The position numbers and the translations under genes are program-made. DNA of 64,000 nucleotides from Stramenopiles sp. TOSAG23-2 (taxonomy: Eukaryota): positions 1-64,000 of the forward strand of contig LT649241.1 in assembly GCA_900128395.1 (NCBI GenBank), in the 5' to 3' direction. Shown here piece after piece: positions 55,591 through 64,000 of this stretch (positions are counted from its first letter, which is position 1; each line of letters begins with the position of its first letter). The notes below the pieces were generated by a model. The model made no database searches and was not told the origin of the DNA. It worked only from the letters and a program-made list of their open reading frames with translations.

Positions 55591-58482
55591 TCACTCATTG
55601 GTCAATGATGGAAAAAGCATTGGGGATACTTTTTTAATACGATTAATTTCACTATTTTTAATCAAATTAAGTATATTTTTGTTTTGTATTGTACTTGACA
55701 TTATTAACAAACTACGTTCAAGTTGCTCAATTGGATTATCATTGTTTTGAATGACCGTATCAACTACAGTCTTATCAAAACAATGTGTGGAAGCAATTAC
55801 TATGTGCAAGTCTACTGCATCTAACGATATGGAACCAGATTTACTTAATGCATCCAATAGATCAAATGCTTTATTTTTTTCTTCCTTTGTTTGCGAATCT
55901 AATAGAGTAGTACTTGCAAGTGGAGATAAAATTGATTCTTTGTAATTCTTTTTCCAACCACTACTAACTTTGATAATTGTTGGTCGTAATTTTGCTGTTG
56001 GATCAATTTCAGTACATCTCTTTTCAAGTAATGATGGCAATAATGTATAATCTTCAACATTGGTTGTATTGTTTTCGATGCTCTGGTTATTATTGTCCAT
56101 ATCACCCGATTGTAAATCCTCGCTAGTTTGACCCGCCTCGTTGCCACCTTGGCCAACATTCTGGTTGGTGCCACCAAAAAGTCCACCACCTTGACCTTGT
56201 CCACCCTTCATCGTGGCGGCGCCACCAAAAAGTCCACCACCTTGACCTTGTCCACGCTTCATCATCGCAGCTTGTGGTGGTGGCGGTGGACCTCCACGCA
56301 TATTCATTCTACCACCACCGCCAAAAGCAGCGCCCATTGCCATTCCATGCATTCCTGATTTCTGAATAAAATCTTCCTCTTCATCATCAGAACTTTCAAT
56401 CTTGGATCTTCTGCCCCTTGCTCTGCCTTTTTTTTTCTTATAACTTTGTCGATCCAATGTTGCCGCAATTGCAACTTCTGCTTTACGTTTAATATCTTGC
56501 TCTTTCAAATCTGCTATCATGTTATTCATTTTTTCAACATGACCTTTAACTTGATTCAATGCAATATTAGCATTTCCATTTGTCACAATTCCTTCATCCA
56601 TTTTAGACTCGCTTGTAGCATAATTTACCACATTGTTTTGATCGTATGATATTAAATCACTAGGGATTTGATATTTAATAAACAATTTCATTAAATCTTG
56701 TGTCAATTGAATCTCTTTTGTTAAAGAATCATTTGGTAAATTTAACAATTTCTCCAATTGAGGTTTTATTTGCACAACAGCAATAGCAAATAAAGTACTA
56801 GATAATTGCATTTTACGATATGCTTTTGCAAATCTTTGCTGCTCAGGCGATATGGATGAAATTGCTTCTTTAAATTCTTTTGCTGTAGGAATTGTTTCCA
56901 TACTCAGTGGTATTTGCAATTCATCTTTATCCTTTATTATAATTGCATGTTTGACATCAAATTTTTTCGCTGTCGGCACTGTTCCAATCATTAAAATAAA
57001 ACTTGAAAATTGCCTTGCACGTGCATGAATGCTAAATTGATTGTTCGTAATTTTACCGGGACCAGAACCAAATTGATTATTTACACATGCATGTAAATAT
57101 CTATCCCCACTAAATTGTATATTAGTCGCTGCATTTAATGGGAAATGCATCATGTGAGGATTCATTGCTTTCCGAACGGAACTTAACATATGTGCTTTGG
57201 TCATACCAGATGGATATTCAATAGATAATTCTCCTTCAGGATAATGATCAGGACGACGTATTGCATAACAAAATGGTTTTGGTAAATTTTCCTCATTGTA
57301 CATTTTTTGATTATGAAATCTCATGTATTCATTAAATGAAGTTGTTGAAATTTCTTTGCCAACAGCATCCCTTAATTGTTTGTAAAGCATATTTTCAATA
57401 TCTTGCATTGTATCCATCCATCGCTTTGCAATTACAGTTAAATGCAATGCAATGAACATCGTTTTCGCCTCATACGATGTCATCAATTTATTATAAATAT
57501 ATTTTTCTTCATCTTGTGTTATCGATTCTATTTTACTTATAACATTTGTTAGATCTTTTGTATGTTGCATTAAAATAGAATGCACATCTTCCATTTTCAT
57601 CATAATTCCTAAACGATTCTCGCCATCACGTTCCATTATTGGTCCCGTAGGCAAAGCTTTTTTCACGCTTTCATTTTGTATAATTGAATATAAATCTTTC
57701 ATATTGTCATGTACTTTGTCACTTTCGATTCTGGTAGTACTTTGTAGATTTGTGTAAACATATTGAAAGAATTGTCTAAATTCATTCATAAATACAAATG
57801 CAGTTTTAACATCCTCGTTACGACGTGGTGTTCTACAACTATCTTTGCTACGATCAATTTTAAATTCCAATTGACCTTTCTCTCCATTTAATAAGTTCAA
57901 TAAAAAATTCATTTTTAATTTTTTTTCCCCTTCTCGAAAATGTTTAATTGGATTGTTTTCACTCCCAACAACTTTTAACTCGTATGTACCTTCAGCCCGG
58001 CTAAATATAGTGGTCTCTTCATTTGTACTGTCAGAACCAACAAATAATGTAATTTTCCATTCATCGACTACTTTCCAATAATATTCTGTGATCGTGTGTA
58101 CAATTTTTTTCGTTTTTGTTGACTTGTTACCTAAAAAGTTCGTTGTTTCTTCAACTTTTGTTGTACCACTATCAACTTGTTTCTCTTCTTTTCGTAGAAA
58201 TGTTGCACTTGGTTTGTTATAAAATTGCATATTTACAACTTTACCATTTACATGATGTTGACGATATTTTTCTAAAATATCAGGTGTTACACCGATCATC
58301 TCCAATGTATTTAACAATCCAATACATGATAAGCTTGTACTCCATGCTGCTATTGAATATTTATCATCATAGGTATGTTCAATATCAGCTGCTGATATTG
58401 GATTACGCGTATTACCTAAAATCTCTTTGATTTTGATAATAGCATCCTTGATTTCTTTTCGTATTGGATTATTGCCAAACAT
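55591..58482 (-). CDS. Conserved hypothetical protist protein (963 aa)
   Basis: Long ORF with blocks I recall from algal/protist hypothetical proteins (CRTPRRN, YAIRRPDHYPEG, ARQFSSFIL, SPEQQRFAKA, FIKYQIPSDL, AFDLLDALS); function unknown. Confidence 0.85.
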   Translation of the reverse strand: MFGNNPIRKEIKDAIIKIKEILGNTRNPISAADIEHTYDDKYSIAAWSTSLSCIGLLNTLEMIGVTPDILEKYRQHHVNGKVVNMQFYNKPSATFLRKEEKQVDSGTTKVEETTNFLGNKSTKTKKIVHTITEYYWKVVDEWKITLFVGSDSTNEETTIFSRAEGTYELKVVGSENNPIKHFREGEKKLKMNFLLNLLNGEKGQLEFKIDRSKDSCRTPRRNEDVKTAFVFMNEFRQFFQYVYTNLQSTTRIESDKVHDNMKDLYSIIQNESVKKALPTGPIMERDGENRLGIMMKMEDVHSILMQHTKDLTNVISKIESITQDEEKYIYNKLMTSYEAKTMFIALHLTVIAKRWMDTMQDIENMLYKQLRDAVGKEISTTSFNEYMRFHNQKMYNEENLPKPFCYAIRRPDHYPEGELSIEYPSGMTKAHMLSSVRKAMNPHMMHFPLNAATNIQFSGDRYLHACVNNQFGSGPGKITNNQFSIHARARQFSSFILMIGTVPTAKKFDVKHAIIIKDKDELQIPLSMETIPTAKEFKEAISSISPEQQRFAKAYRKMQLSSTLFAIAVVQIKPQLEKLLNLPNDSLTKEIQLTQDLMKLFIKYQIPSDLISYDQNNVVNYATSESKMDEGIVTNGNANIALNQVKGHVEKMNNMIADLKEQDIKRKAEVAIAATLDRQSYKKKKGRARGRRSKIESSDDEEEDFIQKSGMHGMAMGAAFGGGGRMNMRGGPPPPPQAAMMKRGQGQGGGLFGGAATMKGGQGQGGGLFGGTNQNVGQGGNEAGQTSEDLQSGDMDNNNQSIENNTTNVEDYTLLPSLLEKRCTEIDPTAKLRPTIIKVSSGWKKNYKESILSPLASTTLLDSQTKEEKNKAFDLLDALSKSGSISLDAVDLHIVIASTHCFDKTVVDTVIQNNDNPIEQLERSLLIMSSTIQNKNILNLIKNSEINRIKKVSPMLFPSLTNE

Positions 58483-58685
58483 GTTGGGTTCGTTCTGAAT
58501 TTAATATATATATATGTTACTTTTGGCAGTTACAATAGTTATAATATATATATAGATAGATAGATAGGTTGTATATGTTTTTTAATCTCTATCTATCACT
58601 TTATCTATATAATCTATTTATCTATGATGTGCATATCTTTATTTTGCACCTTTTGGATGATACGTACAGTACAGTATTGCCGATC

Positions 58686-58719
58686 AGAGGAAGATCTGCC
58701 ATCAAACCCCCCTCCGATT
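58686..58719 (-). promoter_or_regulatory. Second copy of the bipartite motif AATCGGAGGGGGGT-N9-GATCTTCCTCT
   Basis: Ends 204 bp before the ATG at 58482, in the same orientation relative to its gene. Confidence 0.5.
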
Positions 58720-58732
58720 AAACGCCTCCTTT

Positions 58733-58870
58733 CCTACATTTTTAGATTTAAGTACAATATTAGTATACTATAATTTAACTACTTGATAGGAAATCGACGA
58801 AAAATCGCAAAAAATGCACAAATTGTGTACTTTTTTGGTTCGAAATTTTATAGTATCAAATTTGTTACAT
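58733..58870. repeat. Partial copy (one arm plus loop) of the 36916 hairpin element
   Basis: High similarity to 36919-37057. Confidence 0.9.
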
Positions 58871-59377
58871 GTATCTATTATATCTATCCCCCGCGGATTT
58901 GCAACTGAAATAAAAAGTGCACTTCTCGATTATATGCTTAGTAGAATACAGAAATTACATAGGGTGTCCGCTGATATTATGGTGATAGGAGTCGAAAACA
59001 GTAGTGTTAGTAATTTAATAGTACAAAATATACACACATTATCACACATATCACCCTCTAAACATATTTATAGGATACAAATTTAAAACATAATTAATCG
59101 CCGGCGTTATTTATTTATTATTATACATGTTCTCCAACCTTTTGGTTTTTACATTTTTAGTTGATTATTTTCTTGTGTTTTTTTTTTGCTGTTTATGACT
59201 TACAATCTAAATATATATAATTTTAAAATTATTTTCCAGAAAAAAAAGAATAATTTTTGTTTGGAATAATATTATCGCGATTATATACAAGTCACCATGA
59301 AGTTTCTCCGGTAATATTTATATTTACCTAAACTGAGAGCGGGAAGGACGCAAAGATATGCAGCACACCCGCCTCGC

Positions 59378-62104
59378 TGTTCAAATCGTAAATATGTTAT
59401 ATTAAAGAATGCGAAGACTTTCGTAATATTTTGGACAATTTTCAATGTGCAAGAATTGTTGCATCAGTCTTAAGGACATGTTCAAATCGTAAATATGTTA
59501 TATTAAAGAATGCGAAGACTTTCGTAATATTTTGGACAATTTTCAATGTGCAAGAATTGTTGCATCAGTCTTAAGGACAATCGCTTTGTTAACAACTTTC
59601 GTTGTGGAGACATTCTATTTCTCCCAGAGTGGACTATACATACCCGGAAATCATTAATGTAGTAAAAAATATTTACATGTTCGTCTTTTACAACTTTTTT
59701 GTAAACTTTTCCATCTATCGACTATATTAATAATGGCCATTTAATTTATAGAACGTTCGAAGGAATACTTAGTTTTCTTATCTAACATTCATATATATGT
59801 ATATATGGAAGAAGAGAACAAAAACTAAATAAACATTTAACATGCGACAAGCAGTTTATGGCAACATACTTAGGTCAAATTTTTAGATTTTACCATAATT
59901 CTTCATTGAAGAATCTTGCTGTATGTGACAAATCATCAATGCATCCATCCCATCGTTTGTACAATCGATGAAATTGATTACATTGGTGATTTTACTAGTC
60001 ACCTGCCATGAAAACATTGCTCTCATGACAATTTGGCCTTGTATCTTCTTTTTTTATTCTATCTGCTCTCTGTTCTATATGTATATATATATTTTTTTAT
60101 ATGTGTTGATCACGATTTGACTAGTCACCTGCCATGAAAACATTGCTCTCATGACAATTTGGCCTTGTATCTTCTTTTTTTATTCTATCTGCTCTCTGTT
60201 CTATATGTATATATATATTTTTTTATATGTGTTGATCACGATTTGTGTTATAACGAGTGCAAAAAAGCAGGTAAATACCATTATGTACCAAGAACTAAAA
60301 AAAAGAAAAAATGACCTCCTCCAAAGAACTAATGCTATGTCCATCCTAATCCAGAACATATTCTAGATCCTCTCTCTATAAAAGAAGCCCGCAGAAAAAT
60401 AATTTCATTCTTCCTTGAAAAGAACAAACAATTCATATAAATACTAAAAATGTTCAAGATTAAATAGATAACAAACAGCAAAAACAAAAAAACAAAAATA
60501 CGAATTTTAAAAAATGTTATCAGTAAAGGCCCGCAGAAAAATAATTTCATTCTTCCTTGAAAAGAACAAACAATTCATATAAATACTAAAAATGTTCAAG
60601 ATTAAATAGATAACAAACAGCAAAAACAAAAAAACAAAAATACGAATTTTAAAAAATGTTATCAGTAAAGCGGTTAACAGCGAACAAAACAAGATAAATT
60701 GTAAATTTCAAATCTAGACAGATTCAAATAATTACCAAATTAAAAAAATCACGCCGCTTGTTTTTTTGTATTTTGTTTAAAAGAAATTATTTATAATTTA
60801 GCATCATAGTCCACCACCCACTCTGCAGGATTTCACGGTTTTAAATAACACAAACCGATACCTGTGATAACATGTGGAAAGAAATATTTTATGTTTTCGA
60901 TATTATATTTAATATTTCTTGGGTAGTTACATTTTTTGTTGTTTTCATTTGTACTTATCATATTTGTTCCGATTTTATTCGGCGTTCGAAACAAGATAGG
61001 GAAAAAAGCTGTTGTGATAGTTTAATTTTAGATATAATAGAATGTGTACTTATCATGTGTGGGGCAAGTATGCTTGCTGGAATGTTTTTTATAATGCTTT
61101 TAAGATATTTATTTTTTTGGGAAGGAATGCGAACAAGTGTAAGTAAAATATGGGTATTATTGGACTTCAGAAATGTATGCATATTATTAATTGTTTCATT
61201 TATTACATTAATATTATATCGATATTTAAAAGTTCAAGAGGTAATTGTAAAGTTTAAAAAGCGTTACCCAAATGGAGATCCTTTAATATTGTCAATTGAA
61301 TTTAACAATTTTGTAAATATTCGAGATATTGTTAGATTAGGTTCTTATGATCTTAATAAAAATACTGGGAAAGATAGTAAAGGAAATATGTATACACCGC
61401 TTCAAATGGCTCGGCGTGTTGATAATAAAAAAGTTATTTCGTATTTGAAAAAGCATGGTGCGAAGTGAGAACATTTTTTGAAAAAAGAGTCTCATAACAA
61501 GTTAAAATAATTTATTTTTTATTATTCGTATCATATATATATATATATGTATATATAAAAAAGATATTATCAATTATTTATAAATGTTCTATAAAAAAAA
61601 ATATTTTTTTCAATTTTACCAAAACTAATATTTTTTTGAAAAAAGAGTCTCATAACAAGTTAAAATAATTTATTTTTTATTATTCGTATCATATATATAT
61701 ATATATGTATATATAAAAAAGATATTATCAATTATTTATAAATGTTCTATAAAAAAAAATATTTTTTTCAATTTTACCAAAACTAATATTTTTATACGAA
61801 GTATATTTTACAACTTCCCATTCTTATCTTCATAATGACGAAAATGCCTTGCATTTAATGGCATCGTAAAAAATACACGTACATTTTTAAATTATACTCT
61901 TTCGAAACATTATCTCCTTGTTAAATCATTATGACTTTGGTAAAACTAATATTTTTATACGAAGTATATTTTACAACTTCCCATTCTTATCTTCATAATG
62001 ACGAAAATGCCTTGCATTTAATGGCATCGTAAAAAATACACGTACATTTTTAAATTATACTCTTTCGAAACATTATCTCCTTGTTAAATCATTATGACTT
62101 TGGT
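59378..62104. repeat. Cluster of five exact tandem duplications (periods 101, 126, 142, 158, 163 bp)
   Basis: Copy starts at 59378/59479, 59994/60120, 60387/60529, about 61474/61632, and 61779/61942. Confidence 0.92.
60872..61468 (+). CDS. Three-TM protein with ankyrin-like C-terminus
   Basis: Three hydrophobic segments, then YPNGDPLI...YTPLQMA..VISYLKKHGAK. Confidence 0.65.
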   Translation: MWKEIFYVFDIIFNISWVVTFFVVFICTYHICSDFIRRSKQDREKSCCDSLILDIIECVLIMCGASMLAGMFFIMLLRYLFFWEGMRTSVSKIWVLLDFRNVCILLIVSFITLILYRYLKVQEVIVKFKKRYPNGDPLILSIEFNNFVNIRDIVRLGSYDLNKNTGKDSKGNMYTPLQMARRVDNKKVISYLKKHGAK

Positions 62105-64000
62105 ATTCTTGTCTAATATTTTGCGATTGAACGGAGTAAAAATGTTCTTGTGCTTTAATGGCATCTTTACGTTGTAAGAAAACTGTCCATGTTCTTTTTG
62201 CTCGATCTGTAAAAACTATTCTAGCCAAATGAATTACTTTTGGTTCAATGTATCTAAATCGTCCTCGATGAAATTCATGGTGTTCATATTCTAAAGCTTT
62301 AAACTTGCCTGCTGTATATTTCCCCTTTTCATAAACTGCGGGGGTTTTTTTCCTCGAGATGTATCTCCCCATAGTGACTCTACCCAGTCGCTTTCTTTCG
62401 CTTGTTAATATTGCAATGCAAATCATAACTATGACTTCAATGACTAATGCTATCATAACAGAAACCCATGGGCCCATGTACCGAGCATGACAATGACCAC
62501 ATTTGTTTTTTGCCCGATGCAAATGATCATATGGATCATCTGGGTCATCTTCTTCAATTTTTGGACACCACCACTCTGGATTCACTGGTGGTTTTGGAGT
62601 AGTTACTTTTGGTGGTAAAGGCGCCGAGGTTGGTCCAGGCGTGGTCGTTGGCCCCGCCGTTGTCGTTGGTGGAGTACATCCTATAACCGCATAAGGACCA
62701 GGAGATGTACATAATGTCACTGACGGAGTTCCATAATACCCTTCATCACATGAAAGACTATTTGCACACTCATTTGCATTGCCATCTTTTCTTAGACATT
62801 TAGCTGCGCTTTCATTAGTAAAGTTATACCCAATCATATTTGTTGGCCGAGTACATACCACTACATTACAACCAACCAAATTATACTTCTGGGACGTGCC
62901 AGTACATACTTTTTTCTTAGACATTTAGCTGCGCTTTCATTAGTAAAGTTATACCCAATCATATTTGTTGGCCGAGTACATACCACTACATTACAACCAA
63001 CCAAATTATACTTCTGGGACGTGCCAGTACATACTTTTGCTGAGGGTGCTGACGGGGTTCCAGTCCAGCCATTGGCACATTTTAAACCCTCAACTTTAAA
63101 TCCACTTACATCTAAAATTTCGTCACTCACTCCAACTCCAGAGAAATCAAAATTTTTAATCAAATTTTGATCGGTCGGTCGCAAACATGTATTAAAGCAC
63201 CCTGTAACAGTATAAGGGCCCGGAGATGTGCATAATGTTACAGCTGGCGATCCAACAAATCCAGTAGCACATGATACAACTCCAGAGAAATCAAAATTTT
63301 TAATCAAATTTTGATCGGTCGGTCGCAAACATGTATTAAAGCACCCTGTAACAGTATAAGGGCCCGGAGATGTGCATAATGTTACAGCTGGCGATCCAAC
63401 AAATCCAGTAGCACATGATAGACTTTCCTTACAAGTATTTGAATTGCCACCTGTGCTTAAACACTCAGAACTTTCACTATTATAATTATATCCAGTGGTA
63501 GTTGGTCTAGTACAATCCGCTGTACAGCCAGTTAAGCCATAATATCTATCATTATCAGTTCCAGTAGTACCACTGCATTTTAATACTGTATCTACAGTAC
63601 CAGACCACCCACTCGCACATTTTAAACCCGTTACGGAAAAGTTACTGAGTGTCAATGTTTCAGTCACATTGGTGTAGTTATAACCCTCAGTATTAGTGCG
63701 ACGAAGACATGAATTATAACACCCTGATACGGAATATTTTCCACCCGCGGAAGTACATAATGTTACATCTGGTAATCCAACATACCCGGTAGCACATGAT
63801 AGACTTTCCTTACAAGTATTTGAATTGCCACCTGTGCTTAAACACTCAGAACTTTCACTATTATAATTATATCCAGTGGTAGTTGGTCTAGTACAATCCG
63901 CTGTACAGCCAGTTAAGCCATAATATCTATCATTATCAGTTCCAGTAGTACCACTGCATTTTAATACTGTATCTACAGTACCAGACCACCCACTCGCACA
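62073..64000 (-). CDS. 3' part of a large Cys-rich repeat type I membrane protein, split by a 125-bp duplication
   Basis: Frame open from 64000; 127-aa (381-bp) internal repeat CASGWSG..C..RP..GYN; P/T stalk and TM; removing one 125-bp copy (62787-62911) joins the two ORFs. Confidence 0.85.

Noticed and set aside
59580-59665. Cupin/JmjC-like GDILFLPEWTIH fragment
   Set aside because: One weak motif in a short frame within a duplication-ridden region

Overview
AT-rich, gene-dense eukaryotic nuclear DNA from a protist, most plausibly a heterotrophic stramenopile. This is inferred from a CryptonS-type recombinase relic, stramenopile-like repeat proteins and poly-Asn tracts; the taxon cannot be fixed from the sequence alone. 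About 30 apparently intronless genes are present. They include housekeeping genes (TBCD, HRD1, ANKZF1/Vms1, two-repeat TMEM175, GH30, a metallophosphoesterase, an OB-fold protein, a MAPK-like kinase), four proteins ending in PTS1-like tripeptides (two of them TauD dioxygenases), and many repeat or surface proteins (ankyrin, MORN, LRR, MRH, MACPF-EGF, Cys-rich). Degenerate MULE and Crypton transposons, hairpin/MITE-like elements and minisatellites lie between genes. The two strongest signals are (1) an LRR gene whose 78-bp modules have a near-frozen scaffold but hypervariable exposed codons with fixed third bases, and (2) a hairpin family carrying a bipartite 14+N9+11 motif 202-204 bp upstream of two unrelated genes. 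A cluster of exact 101-163 bp tandem duplications, a 151-nt poly-T and a head-to-head gene-fragment junction suggest assembly artefacts. No rRNA, tRNA or CRISPR array is supported.
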